Origin: Amoebidium appalachense | Taxonomy: Eukaryota; Protista; Ichthyosporea | DNA: 64,000 nucleotides | Reading direction: 5' to 3' | Assembly (NCBI GenBank): GCA_963693365.1 | Contig: CAVNZM010000010.1 | Coordinates: 6,449,794 to 6,513,793 of the forward strand | Shown here: positions 35,190 to 49,477 of the stretch, one piece after another | Numbering within the stretch: the first letter of the stretch is position 1 | Layout of the letters: every line of letters begins with the position of its first letter | The notes under the pieces: model-generated | Told to the model about the DNA's origin: nothing | Databases searched by the model: none | Seen by the model: only the letters and a program-made list of their open reading frames with translations | Translations under genes and position numbers: made by a program

Positions 35190-36430
35190 ACATAACAAAC
35201 GCGCCCATGTCCATGAACTGGTGATCTCACTCAAAGTGCCAGACGAAGATGTATAGTCCACGCATGTGACCTTCGAGCGAAGTGTCTTTGTGCTGACAGG
35301 ACATCTGAGCACACGAAAAACACCTAAAATAGTAACATTGAGCTGGGCTTGCCTGCATGCACCAACCGTTGAAATTATAACATGCGCACCCGTGTACATA
35401 TGAAGTGATCTCACTCATGTGTGGACGAAGATCTACATCCCACGCATGTGGTCTTCGAGCGTGGTGTCTTTGTGCTGCCAGGACTTTTGAGCACACGAAA
35501 AACACACAAAACAGTAGCATGAAGCGAGGCTTGCCTACACCAACATTAATCAATCATAAAATGCGCACCCGTGCACATGAAATGGTGATCTCACTCAACT
35601 GTGGACGAAGATCTACATTCCACGCATGTGGCCTTCGAGCGAGGTGTCTTTGTGTTGCCAGGACTTTTGAGCACACGAAAAACACACGAAACAGTAGCAT
35701 TAAGCGAGGCTTGCCTACACCAACATTAATCAATCATAAAATGCGCACCCGTGCACATGAAATGGTGATCTCACTCAACTGTGGACGAAGATCTACATTC
35801 CACGCATGTGGCCTTCGAGCGAGGTGTCTTTGTGTTGCCAGGACTTTTGAGCACACGAAAAACACCTAAAATTATAGCATTAAGCCAGGGTTGCCTACAC
35901 CCACACCAGTAAAACATAACATGCGCACCGTGTACATCAGAAGATGATCTCACTCATCTGTGGACGAAGTTCTACATTCCACGCAGGTGGCCTTCGAGCG
36001 AGGTGTCTTTGTGCTAACAGTACATTTGAGCACACGAAAAACACATAAAATAGTAGCATTAAGCCAGGCTTGCCTACCTACACAGCAAAGAGTGGCCATG
36101 CGCAGTGAAGTACATAAGGTGACGGTGACCCATTCATCCACGAAAAAAATTGCCAAATTTCAAAAAAATAAGTCTTCCCCAGAAGCATGTTTATGTGTGG
36201 GGGGGCGTTGGGCACCCGAAACCAACCGAAGCCAGTAACCACCCTGCTTTGTAAACCCATACCAGCGAAAGATGACATGCGCACCCACGTACAATGTGTG
36301 GGGGATCCTCATTCCTCTGTGGATGAAGATGTACAATCCATGGTTCTGGTCTTCGAGTGAGGCGTCATTGTGTGGGGAGGACATCATAGCACACAAAAAA
36401 CACCAGAAACTATAGCATTAAGCCAGGCTT
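35190..36430 (+). repeat. ~180-bp tandem array (~6 units) inside the TIR element
   Basis: Anchor GTGATCTCACTCA recurs at ~35221, 35405, 35585, 35765 and ~35945, with a degenerate copy at ~36301. Central units are nearly identical and edge units are diverged. Confidence 0.9.
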
Positions 36431-37247
36431 ACAAACTCATGTCAGCAGAAGGTTGCCCAACTCTCACACAACTCAAGTGATGCAGGGAATGGTCAACAGC
36501 CGGCAATTCTTACGGTTAGTTGTAGACCAGGGTGTTTGTGGCACCATTGCAAAGCTGGGAAGAAGCAGTATCCATATAGCGTACTTTCGTTTATTTATTT
36601 TTACAATGGATCTACGTGCACACGGGAAAAGTGACGGAGACGAAAAACGGTACATTCACCAAAGTATACGGTAGTGCACCGATCAAGGATGCATTTATAG
36701 TCGCATGTCGACTATGGAGATCCGAAAATAGATCCGATCAGAAGGCCAAGCGGCTCATAGTCTCTGGTCGATTTTTGCGGGCGGGGACCGAATCCAGCCT
36801 TAAATCACCCATCTAATGACCAGCAAAGGTGTGAACGAGCCACGGTGACCCACGGCCCTGTGTTCAGAGGGCCGTGGCTCGAGTCTGACAACGAGAGACA
36901 ACGATCGCGAATTGGTTGTGTCAGGAACAGCAGTTGGTTGTGTCAGGAACAGCAGTTGAAAGTGATGTCCTTGCTTGAAGTTTCATGGGTTTGGTGGTTT
37001 CCTTGAGCAGATGTTGGAAGAGTAGAGATATTTTGCTTTCCAATATATATCTGTTGACTACCCCGACCCTTTAACGGTTCACTAAAAGAAGTGCCTGTGC
37101 TACGCAGTAAAGACCCATCACCAAAGCGTGTTATGTCCCTTTTAATCTCCGCAACCATTATCCGAGAAGTTCACGTTTACTTACAGCATTCTTTTCTTGG
37201 AAATCAATCCGTGTTCTACACCCGCATAAGGGTGCGTGGACCTCAGG

Positions 37248-38412
37248 ATGGCTGGTGACAAGGAGAGTGTGCTTCTTGTTTATGCCTCACAGACCGGCAA
37301 TGCCGAGGCTGTTGCTCAGGTAGATCCCCTCGTTTTTTTGCCGCAAAACAAACACAGAAACTTATTTTGCAAAGGAAACGGAACATGAAGGCGTCTGTTT
37401 TGCTATTTTGGCATTTGACAACCCGCTTGGCACAAAAGACAACCTCGCCAAACGTGGTAGATGTGGGTGGAAAGATGCCAAACTACTAGCACTCGAATTG
37501 TTGTGACAACGGCAACACTCGTTACGTGGGTGGAAAGATGCCAAACTACTAGCACTCGAATTGTTGTGACAACGGCAACACTCGTTACATCTACACACGT
37601 CTGCTCGGTGAGAAAGCGATTCAGGCTTATTTCCCTTTTTGTCCATCATTGATGATGCATTATTGTGAACCTGCTGCTACTTATTTTCACGCAGGATCTG
37701 CCACTAGGACCTCTGAGCTAAGTCTTGTAGGCTGTTGCTTACCTTGGGCACCCGTATAATATTTGCGCTAAGTAACCGAAGATAGTAGCTGGCACTAAAC
37801 ATACCTGTGCAGGAGTTAGCACAAGAGACATCAGATAGGTGTGGAATGGATGTGAGGATATTCTGCGCTGATCAGGTGGATAAAAAGGTATGGTACTATG
37901 ATGTAAGGCGTGCTGGCGCACGAATGCACCGGTACCCAGACACAGAAATGTGCACAAACTCAAGCACGCACACACACACAGACACACATATACACGCACA
38001 CACATATACGCACAGACTATGCACACATGGCGAGGGCAAACACACTTGGCTTCTCGGTCGCTCTCTCTCTCTCACGTAAGCGCACACATACGCACACACA
38101 CACGCACAAATACACACACACTCTCTCTCTCTTGCTGTGTCGCCCACTGACACACTCACACTCACACGGACAGTCTATGCATGCACACGTGTTCGCACAC
38201 ACAGGCGCAGGTTTATTTTTCCCATGCCGAGGTGAATGTGCTAGAGAATGCACGGGTAAACGGATTGGTTAACATTTGCGGACTAGGCTCATAGAAATAT
38301 GGTGACATGAATAATTTGTGTGATGGGCTTCATTGTTAAAATGAGGACGCGTACATTTTCAAGGGGTCGGTCAACTAGAGGTGGGGGTAGGTTCTTTTTT
38401 GGGCGGGCGGGG

Positions 38413-38448
<36 letters not shown>

Positions 38449-40458
38449 TACAGAGGGGGGTAGTGTAGTAATGTGATAATGCACGCAGTTCAAACTTGAG
38501 GATGAACATCTGTCCATCTTTGTGTTTTCTACAACAGGTGATGGGGATCCTCCAGACAATGCTACAAAGGTATATTAGAGTAAACACTGTGTTGTTGCTG
38601 TCCTCTTTCTTATCTCCCATCATCCCCCTGCCCCCTTCACGCACACACACACACCTTCCTGCTCATGGACCTCAAACCCCTCAAACCCCTCCCTCCTGCC
38701 CTCTCCCCCCTCCTCCCCCCCCCCCCCCCCTCCCCCCGCCCCTCCCCGCCTCCCCCCTCCTGCCCACACACACACACACACAAATAATTGACTCTGGATA
38801 AACAAAAAAGCATAACGAGAGAAAAAGCAAAAGCAAATTCAATGAATTTCATACGCAGACAGGCAAAAAAGAAACGTTACACACGAGAGAATCAAATGTG
38901 CAAACACGAATACGGCGATCGGCGGTTCGTTAAGGGTCCGGGGGGAGGGGGCTGGAAAGGGGGAGGGGGGGGGAGAAGGGAAGGGGGGGGGGGGGGGGCC
39001 TGGAAAGGAGGGGAGGGGAAGGGAATGGGGGGGGAGGGGGGGCAACTCTTGACCTTGATCAGGCCGTACATATCATTTGCACACTCATTCGGATTGGTTG
39101 GGCACGTGTGGAGACACAACTTACACTGTGGTGATGATTCTAGTGTGTTGTGGAGCTACAGTTACAGAACGCCTACCTCATGGATTTCCCTCTCCAAATG
39201 AGGCACACACCCCACCCTCAAAATGTCTTCCTCTCAATCCCTCAGTTTACTCGCTTGCTCGCACTGTATATAATGATGGCATCATTTCCGTTAAAACAGT
39301 GTGAAATGCCGTTCTATTGAAATTTCTTCATCTCAAAACTGCTTGAGAAAGTAGTATCACAGAGAATGGCAGAGTGCGACTAACACAATGGTCCTCTATC
39401 AACTTCGCTATATGCGGGAGTCTCCTTAGAACTCACGGGACTAGACAGATAATGAAAGTATCTACAGAGTAACTGCTCGTCGAGTATTGAACCTTTTGTC
39501 AGTGAAACTACGTTGAAATTGGAAAATCCGCAACACTGTATATAATGATGGCATCATTTCCGAAGAAGCGTTCTCGTGAATGCTCATTTTCTTCTGACTA
39601 GGGTTTAATTGAGATTGAAAGGCATAACGTCTCTTGTCAGTCAAACTGGCTTATGAGCGGGAAGTCACGGTTATGTTCTTTGTCACTTCGTCTGCTGGAT
39701 TTGATATCCGTGATGACTAACATTTTTGCTCTGTCAGCTGTGGAGGAAGTTGAGGAGGAAAGGTGACGACCAGACGTTGAAGAGTCTGAAATATGCCATC
39801 CTGGGTATGTGCCTTTTTTTTTTCTTTTTTTTTTCCCCCTTGGAAGGGGGGGGGGGGGGGGGGGGGGGGGGAGATTGGGGGGGTGCAGGTGGGAATATTA
39901 GTGTTTTTTTCGTCGTGGGTGTGGAAGGGGGGATGGAGGAGTACGGCAGCGGGGGGGAGGGGGGAAGGATTAGAACCCCGGGGGGGGGAGGGGGGGGGGG
40001 GGGAGGGCATGGATTACGGGGCATGGATGTATCCATTGTCCCTGGCTGCCAGTAACTCTTCCATGGCATCCCCCCCTCCCCCCTATTTTCTATTTTTATT
40101 TTTTATTTTTTAAAAATACTTATTTTGGGTGTGGGCAACAGGACTGGGAGACACCAACTACAGTACGTTCTGTGGGGCAGCAAAGGGGCTGGAGAAAAAA
40201 CTGCAGACATTGGGGGCTGTTCCGTTCGTGCCCTCGGGATATGCCGATGATGCCGTGGGGTACGTGTGTGTGTGTTTGTGTGTGGGAGGGAGGGGGAGGG
40301 GGGGGGGGGGGGGGGGGGGGAGAGTGTGTGTGTGTGTGGGTAGGTGGGGGAGGGGGGGGGGGGGGGGGGGGTGGGTTGAATGGGTGGGTGAAAGTAAGTG
40401 GGTGGTGGGATGGTGTGTGTGTAAATGGGTGATTGGGTGGGTGGGTGGGTGGGTGGGT

Positions 40459-40499
<41 letters not shown>

Positions 40500-41632
40500 G
40501 GATGGGTGGATGGGTGGGGGGGGAGGGGGGGGTGAATGTCAGTGTGTGGTGATGGGTGTGTGTGCATGCGCGTGCGTGCACGTGAGTGTTCGTGTGGGTA
40601 TGGGTGTGGATGTGATGGCCTGTGGATGTGTGCGTGTGCGTGTTTTTTGGGTTGGGGTGGGTTTTTGTGTCTGGAGAGGGGGGGGGGGGGGGGGAAGGCA
40701 AGGGGGGATACGAGGAAGGGGATTCTTTAGGAGTATATAGGCTGGTAATTGGATCTCTCTGAGCGGGTGTGTGTGTCTGTGGGTGTAAGGTGGAGGTGGC
40801 AGGCCTGGGGGGGGTGTTCTTTTGTTGGCATGAACTGCTGTTCTATCTGATGGACATAATCTGATTTTCTTCTCGTATTAAGGGGGCGAATGGGGGTTGG
40901 GGTCGAGGGCTTGTTTGTTTGTTTTACGATGCTGTGTGTGTGTGTGTGTGTGTCTGTGTCTGTGTCTGTGTGTGTCTGCGTCTGTGTGTTTGTGTGTGTG
41001 TGCCCGCGCGGGGATGGGGGGGGGTGGGGGGGGTTTGCCTGCACTCCCACAAACGTACTAACAACCAATGGACCATTCCAGGTTGGAAAAGACCATCATC
41101 CCATGGCAGGAGACGCTCTGGAAAGTGCTATCAGCTCTCAAACCTGGCTCAGACGCAGTAGTCCCATCGCCCATTCCCACACCAACTATCCAATCACCAC
41201 CCACACCCGCCTCCCCAGCCCTCCGCACCTCTACGCCTGCCCTCGAAACGCAAAAACTCGCATTCTACTCGTTTTTGGAGCAACAAGCGTCAAACCTGAC
41301 TTCAGACCCGACGGACGTACCACGTCTCGCTGCGCCTTTTCTCTCTGTCGATCTAGTCCCGTCCCATCCCACACCGGCACCCTCTCCCCTTCCACCCCGT
41401 TTGGAAAATGCGCGTGTTTCTCCAGACACGTATGATATGAACCGTCCGTTCAAGTCACGTGTGATGTCGTGTAAGCGGTTGACTTCAAACGATAATGCTG
41501 TGAAGAAGACACTTCTTGTTGAGTTGGACCTGCATGGGTCGGGCATAGATTTTGAACCGGGCGATGCATTCGGCATGCTGTGTGAGAACCACCCTAGGTA
41601 CGATTCCTATCTGCCCCCCTTCCCCTCTTCCG

Positions 41633-41668
<36 letters not shown>

Positions 41669-41775
41669 CCCTTCCCTGCCCTCGCCGCTTCCTCTTCAAC
41701 TACCAATACCCCCGCCACCCCCAGCTGTATTTTTTTGTCCGTCGTAAATGTGCTCTTCGTTCTCGGTAACGCCTT

Positions 41776-41826
<51 letters not shown>

Positions 41827-43488
41827 CCCCCCCTTCTCAGAGAACATGCACAAGCAGCATGCTAATGCATGTGTCTCAGGTTACGGCCACTCTCCTCCCC
41901 CATACCTCCCCTCTCTCCGTCCCTCCCCTTGTTGCTCGTAAAGAACAAATTCAGCCCCTCCCCTTCCATTACAGGCAAAATGTGCTGTGAGTGTGGCCGG
42001 TTTGGTAATTTTTTTAACGGTATGCTTGTAGTGCCTTACGTAAGTCTTATGCAATGCAGGGAGGTAGACCTGGTGCTGTCTCTTTTGGGTCTGTCTGATG
42101 TTGCCGATATGGGCTACACCGTCAGTGTCCCTCCCACCACAGATAAAAAAAGTGATTGCCCCCCTCCCCCCCCCCCCCCCCCCCCCCCTCCACACACATA
42201 CACACACAGTCGCTCCATGTTCAAGCCTTGTGTGTCCAATTATTAAACCACCGGATCACACGCAAGTGCTATTTTATGAAGTGGTCGTAGACAGCACCCC
42301 ATACACCCTAAGTCCATGGTATCAATTTCCATGTGTTTGTTTCCGTGGATACCTACCCCATGTGTGTTCCTAAGGACCTTATGAACAACAAATCGCACGA
42401 AACTTGTTTGACAATATTGCTTCGTTTAGTTTCTACATGTCATGTGGTTGTATCATCTCTGTTTCGAGTTGTTTCGTTTCATCTAGCTGTCTCGTTTGAC
42501 GTGGCCACATTTCATTTCTTTTGTGTATTTCATTATTTCATTTCATGTAGCTATAATGAAACAGTAAAAAAACGTAGGAATACCGCAATCTCAAAAAATT
42601 ATGTATGGACCAATAATTATCACGCAATGGCACGATTATTGAAATATAGAAAATTTGGGCGAATTTGGGCGGGAATTTTGCGCGCCAAAAAAATAGTTTG
42701 TGTAAAACAATAAAAAAAAATGGGAACATAGGAATACCCTTCTATTAATATTTTCTTCTGTTTAGCAATACTGCCAATGCATGCAGTCTAAACCTTAACC
42801 AATCAGATGCCGAGGTGCCCTCACACGTGGCCCAGTCCTCCACCTTCCGCAGTCTCTTCACAAAACACATCGACCTGAGAAGTGTTCCAAGAAAGGTCTG
42901 CTTGAAACCCCCCCTCCCCCCATTCTTGAGTTTGCCGCCCTCCCTCTCCCCCCCCCCCCCCCCCTCCCCCCCTCTCTCTCCTCCCCCTCACCCCCCTCCG
43001 TCCCCACTCCCCCCCAGCCCCATTTGCCCTCCCCCCCCCCCCCCCCCCCCCCCTCCCCCCCCCCCCCCCTCACCCTTCCGTCCCACCCCTTCCTCCTCCT
43101 CTCCTCAACATATTTAGTTCGGATGCCTGCATACCACCACCCCCACCACTACTATGACTTTTTTATTTCGACGTGTATGTGCACAACGGCCCACTGCTAC
43201 TCTCCCACGAACAGACACATTCATCGCACAGAAACGGACGTGCCATCTACTGGACTATACCGGTTTTCCCTTGCATAGCCTCCCCTCTCCCCCCCTCCTC
43301 CCAATACCCTCCCTACCCTCCTCTCCCCCTACCAACAAAAGAAAAAAGAAAAAAATCCCCCTTACAAACAGTAATACATACACACACGCACGCACGCACA
43401 CGCACGTGCGCGCGCACACACCCACACACACACGCACACACACACACCCACACACACGCGCGCACACACACACACGCACACACACGCG

Positions 43489-43532
<44 letters not shown>

Positions 43533-43604
43533 CTGAGTTATATTTATAGATATATTTATATCCTTTGGCGATAGCAGATCTCCCATTTGTGTGTTGACAT
43601 CCCT

Positions 43605-43636
<32 letters not shown>

Positions 43637-44104
43637 CTTCCTCTTTTCTCCTGCAGGCCTTTATCCGCATGCTTGCAGAGGAGTGCAAAGATGCAAATGA
43701 AAAGCGCCAACTGCTCTACCTATGCAGTCGCCAAGGGGCATCTGCATGGAATCGCTTAATCGAGTCTGGATCGTACCGATTGACCGAAATTTTCAGCCAC
43801 TTTCCCTCTTGCAAACCTTCACTGGCCCGGCTGTTTGAATCGCTCACACCGCTACTCCCGAGGTTTTACTCGGCGGCGTCGTCGGCATTGTCCCACCCAC
43901 ACAGTGTGCAGGTGTGTGGGTGTGGGTATGTAGGTGTGGGGGTGTGTGGTTGTGGGGGTGTTGGGGCGTGTGGGTGTGTGGTGTAGATGGCATTCCTGTA
44001 TTAGATACCTCACGGTTATACATCAGTGAGGCATGTTTGGCATTGACTGTGTGCATCCCCCCGCCCCCTCTGCCACCCCCCCCCCCCCCCCCCCCCCCCA
44101 ACAA

Positions 44105-44135
<31 letters not shown>

Positions 44136-44309
44136 GGGAACATAAGAAGTGGTGGTTGCAAAAACCACTTACACCCAGGATGACAGTAACCGTGTTCTCG
44201 CTGCTCTCTCAAGTCACCTCTTGCATCCGTATGAGATACCACCTATTCTCATGGCCACTGGTTCCCGCCTTCACATGAGTGTGCATTTATACACTGCACG
44301 GATCAGCAT

Positions 44310-44355
<46 letters not shown>

Positions 44356-44513
44356 ACAAACACACACACAAACACACACACACACACACAGTTTGCATTC
44401 AACGTGGTTGAGTTTGAGGGTCGGGATGCACCATTTAATCGAGGTGTGGCCACTGGATGGCTGGATCGGATCGGTATTCCCCCCTCCCCCACCTTCCCCC
44501 CCTCCCCCTCTCT

Positions 44514-44584
<71 letters not shown>

Positions 44585-44668
44585 TCTCTCTCTGTCTCTC
44601 ACACACACACACAGTCTGTCTCTCTCCCTCCCTCCCTCCCTCCCCCCCCCCCTCCCCCCCCCCCCCCC

Positions 44669-44724
<56 letters not shown>

Positions 44725-45583
44725 ACACACACACACACACACACCTCTTCTCTCTCCCCCCACCTTCCCCCTTTAACTCAATCGAAAACCTGTCCCCCCC
44801 CCCTGCCTGTCCTGTCCCCCGGAGAGGATGGGCTTTGCTTATGCATATTTTTTTATGTGTTATTGCCTTCTGCATTGTGTTGCCACCCATGAACGTGTAC
44901 GTCGTATGCGTAATCTAATACTAAATTCCCCCTTCACCTACACTGCACACTGCACCGCTTTGAATCCTACCAATGTCACACATTCTTTGTCTCGCCTGGC
45001 ACGTGGCTTAACTCACCACATATTACCATCTCCTTTAAGCTCGAATATTGTAATGGGCCATGCTTCTTTTCCGCCCGTCTGATCAAAGACTTCAATGAGT
45101 GGAATTGAGTTGAAAGGATGTGGGCAAATCTTTGCTGTTTTGCTTTGTCCACGGGTTCACCACGAATCGAAACACTATCATGATAGACGAGGCAGAGGAC
45201 ATACGAATATTCTTGGAGGCGGGAGGGTGTGACTGTGCACTGTAGCTCCAGCTGTTATGTCTGTTGCATGTACGTGAGGTTATCCAGTGTTGCTGTTTCC
45301 TGTGTGCACACGTCTCTGTGTTAAGTTGGGGGAATAGAGGAGAGGCTCAAGAGGAATGGGGGGAGGGGTTGGGGGGGAAGGGGTAGGGTGGAAGAGGGGG
45401 GTGGAGGGGGATGGGGAAGGGGGGTGGAGGAAGGGGACAGGGGTGGGGGGGAGGGAAGCAGACTTGCTGACGAAACTATGCAGGTGGCACGGCTGAGGAA
45501 GCGCACCGTGTGAGCGAGGGCCTGCTGCCTACGGGTGTGTTCTCCTATAGGCTTTCTGTCTCGTATCTGTCTCTCTCTATTGT

Positions 45584-45618
<35 letters not shown>

Positions 45619-46402
45619 CCCGCCCGCCCACCCACCCGTGCACCCTCTTGTCATGTAGTGGATTTGGTGTGTAAGGAGGATGCAAAGTTGATTTTTGGCC
45701 GGCCTGAGCATGGGCACTGCACATCATACTGTGTGTGTTCCTTTGCGGTAAATATTCACTATATTTACTCTGTGTGCACTTGTTACAATGTAAAAGTACT
45801 GCACTTAACCATACTGTGTACCGAATGCTATCCCCTCGTCTCCCCCTCCCTCCCCTCCCTCCCCCCCCCTCCACTCCCACCTCCCACCCATTGCGCCCAC
45901 AAATATATACACACACGTGTGGGCACACACAACTCGGGCGCACCAACACATACATACCTCCCCCTCCCACACGCACACACACACAAATGTGCGCGTACAC
46001 ACAAACACACTCACACACAAGAACATACACACACAAAAGGCCATCCACCTCCCCCCCCCCCTCCCCCCCTCCTTCCCCCCCCTCCCCCCTCCCTCCCCTC
46101 TCTCCCCGTACACACACGCACACCGGAAAACACACATATGCACACACACACAACACGTACACGCACAGGCACCACGAACCAGTTCGTGTGGCTGTATCCC
46201 AAGCCCACCCCTCACTTCCGGCTGCCGGATGATCCTACCGTGCCTGTAATTATGATTGGCCCGGGCACCGGAGTGGCCCCCTTCATTGGCTTCCTTCACC
46301 ACCGCATGCACATGCGCGGTCAGCAGGGTAATCCCGCCCTTTCTCCCCCTCTTCCCCCCCCCCCCCCCCCCCTCTCTCTCTCTCTCTCTCTTTCTTTTTC
46401 CT

Positions 46403-46439
<37 letters not shown>

Positions 46440-46500
46440 GCGCCTGTTGTTTTGCTTGTCATTTGTTGTTCTGGTTGATTACCTGTAATCTTCGCTTATT

Positions 46501-46535
<35 letters not shown>

Positions 46536-47334
46536 TGTGCGGGGTTGCACATACCGGTGTCTACTTTTCTTCTTACTGTTTTTCTCTCCACACACTTCAT
46601 CTGTCCACTTCTGCATACCCCCTTTCATAGCTATAGACACACTTCACACATTGCGTTACGCGCACGCATGCACACACCGCTCTGTTGGCGACAGCTCCCT
46701 TGGAACCCATGCGGCATGTTACCCGCCGGCGTAACATAACTCGGACTATCGGTTTGGCTTTTTTCAAGCCCAAAGCAATGGGTGATACCATATTTCCGGC
46801 TGACATCCGGGGGCATAGCTTTCCGTTCGAAGACGATAAAGTTCCGCCCTAGTAAGCGTGTTACTACCCTGCGGCGTGGGTCAAATCTCATATTTTCCCC
46901 TCTGATTACGAATTCTGTGGCCTTCGGGACTTAATTCTTTTCAGCTGGTGTAGTATGTTAGCCAGGGAAGTATCGACTTAGGTATCGACGGGGGAGCTTC
47001 CTAGAAGCCCCGTCTCCTGAGTTCCTATCTATATTTTTCTTGCTTCTGCTTACTGCTGCAACTTTAACCCCCGGCCTTTCCCACTGCCCTTGCCTGCATA
47101 AGCAACCCTGCTCGTCTCTGATCAAGACGGGTGACCTACTCATGTTCAAGTGAAACAGTATCTGAGTTGGGTTTCGTTAACGAGGGGAATAGGTCGAAAC
47201 TCGGGTACTGTGGATGACGTGGGCCCCCCCTGAGGATGGGCTCTGCTTATTATGCATACTCTTTATGTATGGCTTGCATTCTGCATCGTGTTATCCGTTT
47301 GTTCTTGTGTACTTCGTACTTTTTGACGCATTCA

Positions 47335-47380
<46 letters not shown>

Positions 47381-47882
47381 CCTGCCTCCGCCCCTCATCT
47401 GCCCCCCCCTTTTTTTTAATGAGGTTTCATTTCGTTTTCGTTTCTGTTTAAAACATCGTTGGCCTATCTTGGCCTGTCTAGAGTGTATAATGTATCCCAT
47501 TCTATTTTCTCCTTTGCTTTTTCTCACCTTCCCAATGTGGAACCGACTCCCCCCCCCCCCCCCCCCTCCCCCGGGTCCTTTCTTCCATTCCTCAGCACAT
47601 GCGCGCCTACACACGCAGACACACAAGCGCGCGCACACACACACACACACTCCCTCTCCCTGCTCCCCCTCTTTTTCATTATTCTAACACACGCATCCAC
47701 GCCTTCCCCTCCCAGCGCTCGGCTCTCTGGGGCCCACCCCATCGACTAGTCAACTGAGTGCGCCCTCCAATGCCCAGCTGGGCCAGCCAGCAGACAAACA
47801 GCCTGGTGACGTCATCAAGGGGTTGGAGTCTGCCGGCAAGGACAACTTCATGTGGCTGTTCTTTGGATGGTCTGTAATATAG

Positions 47883-47913
<31 letters not shown>

Positions 47914-48046
47914 CCTTCGTCGCCCCCTTCCCCCAGCCCTCCCCTCTCCTCCCCCCCTCCCCCCCTCCCCTCCCCCCAAATGCACACAAACACACCCACC
48001 CACAACTCTCCCTCCCCACCCCCCCCCCCTTCCCCCTGCCCCGCCC

Positions 48047-48117
<71 letters not shown>

Positions 48118-48487
48118 CTCTCGTCTCCCCAGCCCCCGCCCCCTACCCGCTCTTTTCTCCCCCTGTCGGGTAATGTTTCACTCGGTGTTCGTTTTGGCAT
48201 TTCTGTTTATGCTCTATTGCATCGCTTTGGATGCTTACATGCGGCAGTTATTACTTACTGTGTATCGCATTCCCCCCTCGCTGCTCCCTGTCTGTACTTT
48301 CCACGTTGATCTCTTCTTTGCCTCCAAGTGTGCTTGGTTAATACGTCCGTTTGTGGCGCACAAACCGTCGCACCCACTAACTCGCTTCCCTTGACTTTTT
48401 CTTTTCGTTTTGAACGGCTTTTGCACTTGGTGATGTGACCCTATAGTAACCACCAAACCTTCCTCTTTCTCTCTCTCTCTCTGTTCT

Positions 48488-48533
<46 letters not shown>

Positions 48534-48907
48534 CCTGCCCCACCTCCCCCTCGCCCCACCTCCCTTCCTTCCCTACCCAAGCTCCTTTTCCCAAAATCAC
48601 CTTCCCGCCTACCCCCCTCCCCCCCCCCCTCCCCCCCCCCCCCCCCCCCCCACCTTCCTTCGTGTTTTCTCTTCTCCGATCTAGCCGGCATGAGGGTAAG
48701 GACCAGCTATTCAAGGAGGAACTAGAGGGCATGAGAAGAGAGGGCACCCTCACCCGCCTGTCCGTGGCATTCTCGAGGGACAACAAACTCCCTGGGTGTG
48801 TATGGCCTCCCCTGAGTCCCCTCCCCCCTCCCATCCTCTCCCATCCTTCCTCCCTCCCTCCCTTTCGCCGTTCCTCCCTCCCTCCCTCCCTCCCTCTCCT
48901 ATCTCCC

Positions 48908-48969
<62 letters not shown>

Positions 48970-49446
48970 AATGCATGCATCACGCCCACCTCCCCCCCCC
49001 CCTCTTCTTACTTCCCAAAAAAAAAAAAAAAAAGAAGAAAAAAAACTTACCCCCCCTTTTTCTGCACGTTAAGACGTCATCCCATGCCAACCCGGTGCCC
49101 TGTAACCACCCTTATTCCGTTTGTCTTTTTAAAGACCCGTTGAACAAACATAGCATTTCCGATAGGGACAACTACTCGTTAAACCCAAGAACACTTTACA
49201 CCCCAGTCCTGTTCGAGCTTATGTACTTACTACACCACCTTCCTCCCCCCCTGCTGACACGCACACCCCCTTCCTTCTCCCCTACTAACACATACACCCC
49301 CTCCCTTCTCATTCGCTAACACATACCGCAGTGTGCGCTATGTACAGGACCTGATGCGTATCCATGGGCCTGAGCTAGCAGAGCTTGTCATGAGGCGCAA
49401 TGCCCACATCTATGTCTGCGGGTACCCTACCCTTTCTTCCCTTCTC

Positions 49447-49477
<31 letters not shown>

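Larger units (their letters stand above)
33499..36799 (+). mobile_element. TTAA-flanked TIR DNA transposon, Kolobok-like, probably an internally deleted derivative (3.3 kb)
   Basis: Left end TTAA|GGCTGGATTCGGCCTCCGCCCG and right end CGGGCGGGGACCGAATCCAGCC|TTAA form 22-bp TIRs with 2 mismatches. TTAA on both sides with a 5'-GG (RR) terminus fits Kolobok rather than piggyBac (5'-CCY). It encloses one ORF and a tandem array. Confidence 0.8.

Noticed and set aside
35190-36430. 180-bp array as a CRISPR or repeat-protein gene (ORF 35405-35869)
   Set aside because: Whole units are repeated with no spacer structure, and the frame is broken in the flanking units.
36850-36880. GC-rich hairpin CCACGGCCCT/AGGGCCGTGG as a Helitron 3' end
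   Set aside because: No properly placed CTRR|T terminus and no matching 5' TC end identified.
42345-42742. AT-rich intronic segment as a MITE
   Set aside because: Only weak, gapped terminal complementarity and no clear TSD.
47155-47245. Hammerhead ribozyme (CGAAAC...GTA...CTGAGGA), and likewise CTGATGA at ~8217
   Set aside because: The core words are present, but stems I-III cannot be formed in any valid permutation by eye. A simple hairpin explains the pairing better.
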